Origin: Saccostrea echinata
Lineage: Eukaryota
Assembly (NCBI RefSeq): GCF_033153115.1
Contig: NW_026889786.1
Location: 434,001-498,000 of the forward strand
DNA length: 64,000 nt
Direction: 5' to 3'
Below the pieces are notes generated by a model, which ran no database searches, had not been told where the DNA came from, and saw nothing but the letters and a program-made list of their open reading frames with translations. Of the stretch, positions 26,667-39,679 are shown piece after piece. The position numbers were made by a program, and so were the translations under genes. Numbering within the stretch: the stretch's first letter is position 1; every line of letters begins with the position of its first letter.

Positions 26667-29600
26667 TTATACACATGTTTCAGCATTTGAAGTGACCAAG
26701 TTTCTCTGACAATCGGCATTATCCACCAGGATTTCTCGCTGTTTGGGAGTTCTACTGCTGACGTATGGTTTCTTTTTAATGAAAGACTTCAAGCATTTTC
26801 CTATTGGTACAAAGATCAGTAGGACACCAGACAATGCAATAAAAATTCCTCCCGCCAAAAATGTATGATCATAGGAGCCTGACATGTCATACAGAAAACC
26901 TGTAATCAGAAATAAAGAGTTTCAATCACAGATAAACCTATACAGTCAAACTTGTCTAACCCAAATGGTGTGTATTAAGAAAACTTGCATATTAAAATGA
27001 AAATTGTAGTACCTTTTGGTAAATTTAATCATTTAAAATCTCATCTAATCCAGAATGTTGTCTAGTCTGGAAAAATTCTTTTGAATCAGTGGTGTCCTGA
27101 TTAGACAAGTATTGGGACTTTCAATAATATTGAAGTGAAGAGGTGAATTTATCCATTTGAAGAGGCATTTAGAATTATATCCAATAATTTATTTACCGGT
27201 AGCCAATTATGAAATTTGGAGCAACAATTTCAATCATTGAAACGATGATGAATTGCCTCCCGTTAGCCCTTTATTAGAAGCCCCGAGTTTTACAGTACAT
27301 GCATATATGTTGAATACCAAGGATATATCAAGTGTGTTTATTTCAAACAGCATTACAAATACCATTCTAAAGATTGATATTTTGCATCCTCAAATATCTC
27401 TTTTTTCCTCAGCCCCAGGAAGTTTTTTGCAAGGTTTCATTTTAATTCTAATTAGTTCATCAATTCATTCATGATATGACAAATGCTACTTAGATGACTA
27501 AAAAATCAGTCACATTACAGCTATTTATCATATGATTAGATTTTTTGTCATTTTATTTTTTTTATTTCAAGAAAAAAAAAAAATCATGTTACTTTCATCC
27601 CAGTCCATATCATGGCACATAGAATTAAATCAACATCATGATAGCTAATTGATCCATGGTTATGGACAATGTATCTATCTAAAAGAAAACAAGTGTTTCA
27701 ATGCTGCTAAGGGTATTTGTCAAACATCAACTTATTACAATTTCTTTCATAAAAATGCCTTTAAAATTCAATCAGATAAATTACCAGGTAATCCCATGTT
27801 TGAAGGGATTCTAGTCAAATTGATAAAGGTGTGGCAGGCAGACAGGTTTCATCGCCGGTGGACAGATAGCTCAGTTGGTAGAGTACCTGAATGGGTGGAG
27901 ATTCAGGGGGCCCAGGTTCGAATCCTGGTCTGGTTCATCACATTTTTCTCCTCTCTGGTTACAAAGGTGTGATATGATTTTTGATGCAGCCTTATGCTTA
28001 CAACTTGGATGCATGACTTTGAGTTAACATTACGCCATATTTAAATGTATACCTCCCAATTCTGTATGGGAGACATAATTGAAATTCAGAAATGCTTAAA
28101 GCTTAATTGAATACTGCTTTCAGTATTCTGTGAGAGTTGGTATTCATGGGTTTCTTTCACTGATAAGAATAAATGGAATTTAATTGGTTCCTGAAAGAAA
28201 ATAATAGAAGCATTTAACTTACCAGCCACAGGAGGTCCTATAATATTGGCTAATCCCTGCATCATCATGGTTAGTCCATAGGAATTAGTCAGCTTATCAA
28301 TCCCAACAATTTCCACCAGAATCACAGTACTCAATGCATAGTTGGCACTGATAAAGAATCCAAATAGTCCTGCAATTATACACAGTGGTATGAAAGACAT
28401 GAACCATGGCACAACCATCACAGCTAACCCTGAGAACATGATGGACACTCCATAGAGCAAAGTCAGATCTATATTCTTATCCCCTATAAACCCATACATA
28501 ATCTGCCCAAAGGTATTCACAATTCCAAGGGCTGAGATAATGAAAGCTGGATTTTCTATTCCCTCTTCTTTAGCAATGTCATTCAAAAACACATATGGAA
28601 CATCATACCAGAAGTACAAGATGAAGTTGGATACCACAAACAGAAGAAAGGAAGGATTTTTCATGATTTTGAAATCAAACATCAACTTGAACATTTTCTT
28701 GATGTGTTTGGATAATCTCAGGAGCCTTGGTATAGGAAAACAGTCATCATCTTCTTCATCGGAACTGTCATCTAATATCTCTAGGTGTAGTTCTGGACAA
28801 CTCCTAGATCTGATCTGTGGAGTTGATGTAAATTTTGTCAAACTCCTTCTATAGAAAAGGTCTTTTCTGTACAGTGGATAATATTGCATAATTGTCTGTG
28901 GGGAAGGGTTTTTCTTCTGGGAGCTAGGCTTTTTCTTGTGTCTTTTCTGTACCACTTGATCTACAACATTCCCATCTTCATCAGCAAAGACAATATGTTC
29001 ATCACTTGTGACCATTAGTTGGTTGCTAGGTGATATGTCTGGATAAGATGTATTATTTTTTGTGTTCTCTGCATCCAAGTTTTGAAAGTATTGCTTCAGG
29101 ATATGCTGCAAGTTGCTGCCATTTTTTCTTATGTCACTTAACATCTCAATTGGAATATTTCTGGATTTCTTTATAAATGTAGGAAGTTGTACCTGAGAGT
29201 GACTAAGCTGCTCTATCTGAGCTAAATCTTCTGTTTCACTATCCGAACTCAGCTCATCTGAATTACTGACATGACGACTGCGATTGTGCAGACTAGCTTT
29301 TGAAATCGTTCTTGACATATTTTCAAATTTTTCTAAATTTCTTCTCCATTCTTCCATAGGAGTAAATTCCAGAGGTCTCATAAGGGCTCCACAAACGACC
29401 AAATTTAAAGTCACGCCACTAAGAATGACAAAAGATCCTCTCCATCCATACTCTTCAATGAGGAACTCTAAAAATGGAGCAAATGCAAATGTACCAATTC
29501 CAGACCCACATACAGATAACCCAGTGGCCAAGGATCGTTTCTTCTCAAAATAGTAGGCCACAATGACCAGTGAATTAACATACCCAATAGAGAGCCCAAA

Positions 29601-30056
29601 TCCTGCAACGAAACCAAAAGTAAAACAGATAAGGCCAATGGAATCCACAAAGGCACTAGCCAAGACTCCAACACTTGTGATCAATCCTCCAAGAATCTGG
29701 GCTTTTCTGCATCCTAATTTAGTTACAATGGCACTGGCTATAGGTCCACAAACCAGAGGGATTCCATAAAATAAGGATGCAATAATAGAGGTAACACCTT
29801 TACTCTGTCCGAAAACATCCGACAGCTCCGTAAAAAGTACACCAAATGATAATGTCAGTCCATCACTTATCACCATAACAAAGAAAGCACTGAGGACGAT
29901 TACCCATCCATAACCCCCATCTGGAGCAGGGGGCATTGAAATGGAGGAGTCACTTGATGAGGAAGATCCTTCAGATGAGGAAGCAGTATTGGAAGACACA
30001 CTACTCCTGGATTCATGACGCTTTCTTGATACTTGATCTTGCTCCTGTTCAAGCAT
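26667..30056 (-). CDS. SLC16/MCT monocarboxylate transporter with long central loop, copy A, 688 aa; complement(join(26667..26899,28223..30056))
   Basis: PDGGYGWV signature, YFEKKRSLATG, MFS hydrophobic helices, GPPVAG|FLYD across a phase-1 GT-AG intron; ends ETCV (class I PDZ-type motif). Confidence 0.93.
27788..27963 (+). mobile_element. tRNA-derived interspersed repeat in MCT-A intron
   Basis: A-box tagctcagttgg and B-box ggttcgaatcc, with no intact acceptor or anticodon stems. Confidence 0.7.
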
Positions 30057-30236
30057 TTTTTAGTTAAAAGGCTCTCAAGATAAAGGTTATTGCTATTGAA
30101 AAATTCTGCTAGGCTGATTGAAAATATAGAGGAAAAGCACAGTTTAGTCATTGGTCGATGCAGATGTAGAATGCTCTGGACACAGAGAGTATAATCCCAT
30201 AAATGACCAGCCATATGATTCCAATGTGGGAATATT
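30057..30236 (-). other. 5' leader part of MCT-A coding exon (acceptor ttttgcag|aatatt) containing upstream open frames
   Basis: A homologous acceptor and leader exist in copy B (47254) and copy C (54314). Confidence 0.65.
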
Positions 30237-31065
30237 CTGCAAAATGAAATAAGAATTATTATTATGTCACATTATATCTAGAGAATTACCTGTTCATAAA
30301 ACTGACCTTAAAATCTTTCCACAGCCTTGGAGTAATGCTAAGTTTTAAGCTTTGTTCTTTAATATTAAGTAAGTCTGCAGAGCTAAAAGTAGATAATGGA
30401 GACATCTACCAGTGTCAGCACATTTAACTGTGTGGAGAATTAAAGGACAGACTTAACAATTAATTGTTGATTTTGTCTTTTAAACTTACCAATACTAAGA
30501 AGTTAAACATATTCAGATCCTAGTTTTTCAACTGACAAATGGTTTCAAATATTTTGATATACTTTATATTAAATTTTATAAAGGGAAAAGAGGTTGCAGT
30601 TGCTGATTACACTAGCTGCCATCAATATTCAAAGGAAATGTCATTTAAACTGTGCACAGTGACCTGACAACAGAACTAAGGCTTACACATCAAGTGTTTT
30701 CATAATCCCTTTTAAAATCAAAGGTAACGCCAATAGTACAATATGCCCTTAATTAATCAATAAAATCAATTTCATTTCAAAGTTTCAAGGCCTATACCTC
30801 TTCATGTAGTGAATTAGAAGATTTAAAAGTAAAAAGACCATGAAAAGAATTTTTAGGGAAATCTAATAAAACAAAAATGAACGCACATGTCGAGGAAGAA
30901 AATTATGTACACTGTCACACGAGATGTTTTTAAATTTGAAAAATATGTTTTCAAAGAAGGAAATCAAAGAACTAAAAACCAACTAAAAATATTTTAATAC
31001 TTTCATTAATTTAGCACAAATCTGTTTGGCATACAGTTTCCACATCCCATGTCTAAATAAATAAA

Positions 31066-31524
31066 ACAAGAAGTCTGTGAGCCAATGTTCACTAATAAAA
31101 CCACTGCTCTGATGTGAATACACAAGTTCAGTTATGGACAGACACAGTGATAATCAGGAAATTGACATCAGATTTGTACAAGAATGAATCCAAACATATG
31201 GCATGCCTAAACAATGAGTGTGTTAAAATTTCAAGCACCTGCAATGAGTAGTTGCTGAGAAAACTGTGACCAAAATTTGTTATGTATGGTATGGACAGAC
31301 ACACAGATAAACAGGAAGTTGACATTGGATTTGTACAAAAATGAATCCCACTACCTGGTATATGGCATACCTAAACAAAGAGTGTGCTAAAATTTCAAGC
31401 ATCTCCAATGAGTAGTTGCTGAGAAAACTGCGACCAAAATTTGTTACAGACAGACACACAGACAGACAGACAAACAAGGGTAAAACAGTATATCCCCCTC
31501 ATCTTCGGAGCGGGGGTATAAAAA
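31066..31524 (-). mobile_element. HINE-like element with two tandem units
   Basis: acaagaagtctgtgagcc start, duplicated caggaa-ttgacat-gatttgtacaa-aatgaatcc block, (caga)n, hairpin cccctcatcttcggagcgggggtataaaaa. Confidence 0.7.
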
Positions 31525-31649
31525 CTTAACTGCCCAAACTTGAAAATCCTATTTTGTAGGGGTGGAGGTGGGGTGGGGGCCTTACAGCAGCAAAAAGGGA
31601 GGATGTTTACTACAGCAAAAGACCATACTCATAAAAAAGTGAGGGGAGG

Positions 31650-31813
31650 GGCCTTTCATTTGAGCTATCTTGAATCCCCTTCAACCAAGATTGCTTTGTG
31701 GTAAGTTTTGTTGAAAATAGCACAGTGGTTCTGAAGAAGAATTCAAAAATGTAAAAAGGCAGACAGATGGACAACAAACTTTGATCAGAACTTTCATCTC
31801 AGGTAAGCTAAAA
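31650..31813 (-). mobile_element. HINE fragment
   Basis: ttgaatccccttcaaccaag...gtggttctgaagaaga...cagacagatggac...tcaggtaagctaaaa. Confidence 0.6.
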
Positions 31814-33429
31814 CGGGTGAAATCTCAACTAAGCATAGTAATGAAGGATCTCAAAATCATGCTTGTCAATTTGTCATAAAACCAGTATTCATTTTAATTA
31901 ACAACATGCAAAGATGCCACACTTAAAGAAAATTTACAATTTTCCTCTTTTTCATTTTAATTTCATCAAATTCTAGATAAACTGCTTACTAAATGGAAAA
32001 CACATGCTTTAGAGTACAAGCTAGCCTATCATTGAATTTTCTCCTTTCAAATATCAGAGACATCTAACCATGTTAAATATCACAATAATTAACCTACTCA
32101 AATTTATCTCTCATTTAGATGTAAAGATAAAATGATGAAGACCTCTGAATAACAAACCTTGTAATGGTTAACCATTACATGAAATCCCACCATTGAGAAA
32201 TGGAATCACGTTTCATCTTCAAGTTAAGCACTGGAAATTCTATCCTAACTATAGGACACGGATTAACCTTTAATTTGCACTGATCTGATTTACAAGAGTT
32301 TTTATTACAGAACTACAATATTAAAAGAATTCGTTCATCTCTGAAGCTTAGATAAGCTTACATTTTATCAGTATCTGATGTTAAGGATATTGGCAATTGT
32401 TCTAGATCACCCACAGAGAAAATATACATGTCATCAATAGAGGATAAAATTAAAACAAGCAGGATGTTGTTATAATCAAGCAATAATCATGATGCAATAA
32501 CCATCATCAAAGACAGAATGCTGCAAAGTTCAAAACAGCGATGACCATTCGATATTTGACATGCATGTACCGGTAATGATGATAAATAATATTATAATTT
32601 TATATGTATATATATAAGCTTATATGATATAGTAAAGGTAATCGATTACAAAATCTGTAATCCGTTAGTCCAAAAAATAAAAAATAAAAATGAAATGTGT
32701 ATTTTTGAACACAATTTCAAAATTTCATATCAAATTTTTTTAAAAGATGAATAAATAAACCCTGATCCTTGATGCTATGGTTTTGAAGTATCTAATTAAT
32801 AAGCTAATTAAAGATAATTAAGGTTCTCCTGGTATTGATATAATTGCAGCAATTGGTCAGTTTGTGAAATGTTAGTTACTGTTTAAACAGCGCATCAGTG
32901 CTCAGCCTATCCTTAATTTCTTAATGAGTGGAAAATAATGAAATCACTTTCGGGTACTGTAAATGTTATAGTGAACCTGCTTTCAATGCGTATCTTACCC
33001 AGTGTACCAAGTATACTTTGCGTTTGTCAATCAAATAAGATTTTCAACTAAAATATGTAATTTATCAATCGTTCTGATGATAGCGACAATACAAGATGCG
33101 ACAAGGTATGACTTGAGAAGTTTTTTTCATATGTTCTTGATATATATCAGACATGTTTCATATTTTTTTAAATATAGAAATTATATTCATAATTGTATGT
33201 TTAAACATAATCAGAATATTACTGATGACTTTCCTAGTTATTTGTGTATATCAATACAAATAAACCTTACTTGAGGAAAAAAAAAACTACTGGTATATGT
33301 ATCTATTAAGAATACCAATCCATATGTATTTTGCTAAGATTAACCAGTTAATTGGTTGGATCATTATGTGCGGTTAATCGATTGGCAATTTTGTAATTGA
33401 TTGCCATCCCAAATATATATATATATAAT

Positions 33430-33434
<5 letters not shown>

Positions 33435-33508
<74 letters not shown>
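33435..33508. repeat. (TA)n microsatellite
   Basis: Direct reading. Confidence 0.95.
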
Positions 33509-33510
<2 letters not shown>

Positions 33511-33524
33511 GGTATATATAAATT

Positions 33525-33970
33525 TAAACAACAATTTAGAGCCTACAGCCTACACTACCTCAAAAAGTTTCCATATAAGTTTCAGCTATCCTGATCCAGT
33601 GGTTCTTGAGAAGATTTTTAAAGATTTTTCCTATGTATCTTAATGTAAAACTTCAATCAATCCCCCACCCTATCCCCAGAGGCCATAATTTAAAAAATTT
33701 AGAATGTACACTACCTCAGGGAGCTTCCACTTAAGTTTCAGCTTTCCTGGTTCAGTGGTTCTTGAGAAGAACATTTTTGAGGATGTTTCCTATGTATTTC
33801 AATGTATAACTTTGATTCACTATTGTGGCCCCACCTTACCCTGGAGGCCATGATTTGAGAATCTACTCTATCATAGAAAACTTCCACCCTAACCCCAGGG
33901 GCCATGATTTGAACAATTTAGAATCTACACTACCACGGAAAGCTTCCACATAAGTTTCAGCAATTTCATG
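33525..33970 (-). repeat. Cg170-like satellite monomers (about 2.5 units)
   Basis: Reverse complement of the monomers in 21540-21830: agcttccac..taagtttcagctttcctgg..cagtggttcttgagaaga..ggccatgatttgaacaatttagaatctacac. Confidence 0.75.
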
Positions 33971-34271
33971 GTTGATGACATTGTTGCAAACCACAGCCAA
34001 ACTGTACGATCCTCTCCCATTCTGGCCGTGGTTGAACGAGATGAGAATATTTTGTAGCTCATTAAAATATTGACCAATGCGAGTAAAGCATAGTTGGAAA
34101 ATGAAGTTTGACGCGACCTTTCAATACCCAATCACAGTATACGAAACATGTCTTGTATACTGTTGATGTCAATTGTTGATTTCAATTGCGATGAAAACAA
34201 ATATTGTCACTGGCTGAACATGATGTCACAATATAGAGGCGTGAATATTCAAGATTATTATGCCTCTACTG

Positions 34272-34888
34272 TTATTACTCTATATAAAATTAATACCACA
34301 ACTGTCTATTTCCCTGAGAAGATACTATATCCCTCATCGGAGGACTACTCCCTGAAAAATCGGAGCTACTCCCTGGGACTACTCCCTAATGAATATTTAT
34401 TAATAATTTTAACCAATTAAAATGAACAGTGGGCGGAGCGTTCAAGGAATCTCGGGTCTGTGACGTAATGTTATTAGCAATGTAACTATGACATCAAAAC
34501 ATTTTGACATGTAATGTCAAAATCATACTGGAATTCTAGCAAAATGAAGACAACGATAATCCTTCAAAGTGTCAGTGAAATTATTTTATATTTTCTAATA
34601 ATTTTATTTTCCTCGGTATTGATGCGTTAGTTATCTTACAATATTTTTAATCACATGCATTTGTGATTATTTAAATGCCTCTATATTGTTTTAAAAAATG
34701 TCCGAGTCTCTAGTTTAACATCCCATGATTGTTTCGGTATAATAAAACAGTTATGGAATGGGTACTCGGGAAATATCAAATCTATGGTTCCCCTCGGCAG
34801 GAAACTATTTCCCTCGGCGGCTTTGTTGCCTCCCTTGGGGAACCATAAATTTGCTATTTCCCTCTTACCCATTCCAGAACTGTATATT
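34272..34888. mobile_element. Hairpin-ended non-autonomous element (Crypton-like)
   Basis: Imperfect terminal stem cagttatggaatgggta...tatggttcccc / ggggaaccata...tacccattccagaactg; repeated ctactccct motifs; left boundary uncertain. Confidence 0.4.
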
Positions 34889-37070
34889 ATGACACTTTTT
34901 GTGATCAAGCAGCCATGGGTAGGAGAGAGCTATATGCGGACTTCGGACGGTGGCTTGAGACGATTGGTTGATGAAGAAGAAAAACAAAGTAAATGAAAAT
35001 ATTATTAAGTGAATTAAAACCATAACTTTTTAAAGAATCTTTACTACCACTGGTACAACATGCTAATTTTATTTTGAATTATAAACATAAAAACATTTAG
35101 CCTTTTAAAAGTCTGTTTTCATAAGGGCAATCTTGGATGAGTGAAATCTGATGGATGAATGAAAACTTTATAATTCACACCATTTAAACTTTAGTAGTTT
35201 TTTCAAACATCACAGAAGTATGCTATTGATTTATGTTCCTGTCTCTACTGACTTAAAATTTATTTTTAGACTTTAAAGGCCTTAAAAAGGAAATATATGT
35301 CAATAAGGGAGCTTAGATACATGTAGGTCTTCTATACACTTCTAATAATCAAACTGATAAGAGTAGACTAGAGACATAAATTACAAATGTTATTTATGTC
35401 CCTGGGTAGACATACTCAAGGCTTTCAAAAAGATTAGAAACAGAAAGTACTCTTACAAAAATAGGAGGTACCTTGTAGAAGCAATTTTTTATTAAATCAA
35501 ATTTTGTTATCAATGTTGAAATTTTTAAAAAAAATGTTATAAAATTTTTCTCCATCAAATATTTTTGCCAGTTCAGTCATGACTTCACTCAGGTAAAAGT
35601 ACAGGGTAGCGGCAGATTTTGAAAGGTCTGCATCCTGATCTGCTTGCATTGCAAAGCTAAAAGTTAGATAGATCAGTAAAAGTTACATTTATTTATTTGT
35701 TGTTTTACATTTTTATCACAACTGCAGCCCTGCACTTTTTAGTTCCCCCAGTAATTATCCTCTTACTTGATAATGTATCATCTCTTTTGGGTATCACTAT
35801 GTTTGATATATTTTGCAATGAACTCTTTTTCAATATATTTACATTTGCAAATGTTTTCTTTCATATAACGCTATTAAAAGCAACGCGTATCTATATCCGT
35901 ATAAACACGGGTTCCTCACGTCATAAATGTTTCAACGTAATTTCTCGGTGATGTCATAAAGGGTCAACGCGCAATCAATAGATCAAACTTAAAATTGTGC
36001 CGTTGAATTTGAAAAATAAAACATTTCATGCGTTAAAGATTATAATCAGGCAAATATAAATATGAATAAGTCACAAATGTAAATATAAGTAATAAGGTAT
36101 CATTTTAAAACATCTACCGGGATATATTCCGATAGATGTTTAAAAATGACACCTTATTTCTTAATTGTCAAGTCATAATTGCATTGGAAATCTATACATA
36201 TAACACGTTATATAATATGTAAATATTGTCTCCCAATATCATATTGATGTAAAAGAGATAACTGTCACATGGACAGAAATTAAAAAAATATGCATTTATT
36301 GATTGCACAGACTAAAAAGAAACATCTCCAAAATGAAATGAATCTGATGCTCTGTTATTTTCATTAAAAATTTTCATAACTCTGCATATTAAAAATAGTT
36401 TTCGCATATCGGCCTAATTATTGAATAATTCAACCAGGTAAGATACTTTTGCTTAGCAACCTTCTGAACAGCAGTATCAGTTTATCATGGGACTGTTTAA
36501 CTTTAAGGACATAATTTTTTCTTCATGGTTCAAATCAGCTGTTCATTGTTGACAAAAGCAAAGACAGTTATAAATAGCAATCAATCAACCGTGCAGTTAC
36601 TGTGCTCCAAATAATACACTGGGATTGAACGAAAAAAAAAAAAAAACTTACCCCATGTCACCTCAGAGAACGTCACATTAAACAGCGTGTGTTACAAGAA
36701 CTGTCCTTTAGAAAAATTTGGCTCTGTGAAAGTGGTTTCTGTGCAGAACGTTGGAGATTCAGCCTCTTTGCGCAGACAGTAACCTTTTGACCTATCGTTG
36801 AAATTATTAGAGTTATTCCCCTTTGCGAATTAGTGCACTTTATAAAAAGACGGTTTATGTATGTTTTCAATATTTCACATTCTATTATATATTAACCAAA
36901 TAATAATAATACTATAAAAAAAAATCACAGGAGCAGAGACAGAACAGATAATTTATGTCAATAAATCTTTAATCATTTTTTTTTCATTATTTATATTGTC
37001 ATATTTTCTTTTATTTATTTGTATTTTCATTTTTGCACTTGTAGCTAAAAATGTCCTACTCAGCCCTAAT

Positions 37071-37280
37071 NNNNNNNNNNNNNNNNNNNNNNNNNNNNNN
37101 NNNNNNNNNNNNNNNNNNNNNNNNNNNNNNNNNNNNNNNNNNNNNNNNNNNNNNNNNNNNNNNNNNNNNNNNNNNNNNNNNNNNNNNNNNNNNNNNNNNN
37201 NNNNNNNNNNNNNNNNNNNNNNNNNNNNNNNNNNNNNNNNNNNNNNNNNNNNNNNNNNNNNNNNNNNNNNNNNNNNNNNN
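37071..37280. other. Assembly gap (N)
   Basis: Run of N. Confidence 1.
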
Positions 37281-37286
37281 ACAACC

Positions 37287-37633
37287 AAGGGACGACTATT
37301 TGGTTGTGAAAGGGGAGCAGATTTTGGAAATTTGCCCTCAGAAATGTTGAATACTGAAAAATAAATAATCCGTCCTCCACTGGATAATCTGTCATTGCCT
37401 GGTGGTTACCCCCCCCCCCCCCCCACACACAATAGAGTTTAAGAGTTTGATAGCTATCCCTTTTTTTTTTTTTTTTGCTCGTTAAACTTTTTTCAGTGAA
37501 TAAGATAATAAATGATCTGTCCCTTATAAATCTGGAAATAAATAATCTCTTCTTCACTGGCATGAAAATAAATTAATAATCTGACTCGACACCCCCCCCC
37601 CTCCTCAATCAGAATCAATGGTCGTCCCCTTAG
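37287..37633. mobile_element. MITE with short TIR (aagggacgac / gtcgtcccctt)
   Basis: aagggacgactatttg vs caatggtcgtcccctta. Confidence 0.55.
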
Positions 37634-37770
37634 CAAGTGCCAGTGCTATTTTATGGATCATATGTGCTGAGCAATATCAACGTCGCTCTCTGTATTACTA
37701 TGTACAATATTGACGTGTTATTTATCAGCTCCGGACAGTACAATAGCCATCGGATTATTGACCGTAAGGC

Positions 37771-37910
37771 GGTTACGCCAAGTTACGTCACCTAGGGATA
37801 TACGATTAAACGTGTTTGGACGCAGATCGATTTGATCAACAGACGAAGCATATGTTTCGTGCATTTCAACAAAGATGGCCAACTGAAGAACATTAATTCT
37901 ATCCCAAGAG
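37771..37910 (+). promoter_or_regulatory. Candidate promoter and non-coding first exon of the Kelch gene
   Basis: TTACGTCA bZIP site at 37783-37790, aagatggcc motif, donor gag|gtaggt at 37911; matching acceptor ttacacag| at 40688, 21 nt before the ATG. Confidence 0.4.
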
Positions 37911-39535
37911 GTAGGTATTATGCACTTTCTATTTGATTTTAAATATGTTCAGTTCGCATGTTAATTCACTTTTATACCTATGCCATGCTTCAATCAGATG
38001 AGATTGCAATTATCTCATTGGAAGAATTTTGCGTAGTCGGTACGTTTTATGTTAAAAAAGAATAAAAATCCCACAATTTCTGTAAAATTAATATAATTCA
38101 AACTTCTGCAGGTTGACCAACGTTCAAACGATGTGTTCATGCATTCACCATATGATCATACACTAACAGTGGTCCCCTTTTAACCCATGTTTAATTATAT
38201 ATTAAAAAAAAAAGATTTGGTTATTCACTGTAAATTAAGGCTGATACGGTCTTTCGTGTCTGCAATTGCTGAATTATCTTTTATCTCCATTATATGATTC
38301 ACTGATCATCCAACCTATGTTTTTTTCTGTTAAGTTTCTTGAGATGGAACATCCTGAGCTCGTTTGCCCCCCCCCCCCCTTTTATTTTTTTTCAAATTTC
38401 TTGATCAGCCACTTCACAGTGCACTATTTAAAAGCAATGCAAGAATTTATTGGACTTAATAGTGGGTATTATTAATTTCTGATCTTTTTACAGTAAAAAC
38501 AAGCAAATAACACTCTTTCAAACACAAAGTATGTACTAGTTATTTTATTACATTCTTATTAATTTTTTTTTAAGTATTTTTAATTATTTTAAAATAAAAT
38601 TAAATCAGTTGACACTTGATAAACAAGTTTGACGCTGGAGGGCTAAAAGTGTTCTTGCTGATACTCTATAAAGATTAAGAAAAATTGAAACAGGTTCTCC
38701 TTTAGACATAGTACAAAACAAAAACAACTCTGAAATTCCCAAGGGGACAATTGCATTGGATTTCTCCACATAGATGTAAAGATAACTACATATTATAGTT
38801 GACTTGCAGAAAACTAGCAATGTCTAGAAACCCAGTTTTCGTTCGTTCGTATCATTCAAGTAAATGTAAAACCAACAACAAAAAAAGGTAAGCCCCAATT
38901 TTCAATTCCTTTATTATGTTTATCTTTGCAAAAAAAGTGGGGGGGGGGGGCTAATTGGACTTGATTTTATACGATGTACCTATTATCTTTTATTTTAAGA
39001 TTGCTCAAATGCAAGGAACATGTGACATGTTTTGACGCTTCGAATTATTAAAACAATTCTCTTTCATTTTAAATTGTTTATAATTAAGGGCATTTTGATA
39101 GCCAGAACAATCAATAAATGAATAAGCAGTAACTAACTGTTTAAAAATTTAACAGCCACCTGGCGTTTGGATAGTTTGAGATTACCCCCCCCCCCCAATT
39201 TATTTCATAATAAGCTTTAAAAATATCGACTAGCAAAGTTTGAATACTCACTAAAATTAAAACTAACTGCATGTACAGACCAATTTATGAATTCGATTGT
39301 TGGGGAAATCATGAATTTAGGAAAATTAGATATCTAAATTAATTTCCTATATTCTTGCTATCCAACGTTACGCTGCATTAAATTTTATGTTACATTTTAA
39401 ACAGATTAAGGGTTTTGGGGTTATAAATACGTCAAGTACCAGTGAAGTTTGAAATAAAATTTTATTTTCAGAAAATGTTCCGAATATTCGACTATCGTTC
39501 GAATAATGCAATCGAATAATCGACTAAGGAAAATA

Positions 39536-39679
39536 NNNNNNNNNNNNNNNNNNNNNNNNNNNNNNNNNNNNNNNNNNNNNNNNNNNNNNNNNNNNNNNNN
39601 NNNNNNNNNNNNNNNNNNNNNNNNNNNNNNNNNNNNNNNNNNNNNNNNNNNNNNNNNNNNNNNNNNNNNNNNNNNNNNN
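39536..39679. other. Assembly gap (N)
   Basis: Run of N. Confidence 1.

Noticed and set aside
27860-27935. tRNA gene
   Set aside because: A and B boxes present but acceptor and anticodon stems do not form
28086-28222. C-terminal part of the 656-aa ORF (also 45204-45241 and 52264-52301)
   Set aside because: Read-through into the intron; the last MFS helix is in the downstream exon
28540-29769. Antisense ORFs over the MCT genes (and over Kelch and ERI2)
   Set aside because: Expected shadows of coding sequence; their repetition simply follows paralogy
33397-33643. YI-repeat ORFs (also 43652-44233)
   Set aside because: Translation of (TA)n microsatellites
35495-35655. Minus-strand protein-like stretch MQADQDADLSKSAATLYFYLSEVM...
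   Set aside because: Short, no in-frame splice partner and no recognisable homology
36953-37563. ORFs spanning N runs (also 39421-39834)
   Set aside because: Artefacts of assembly gaps
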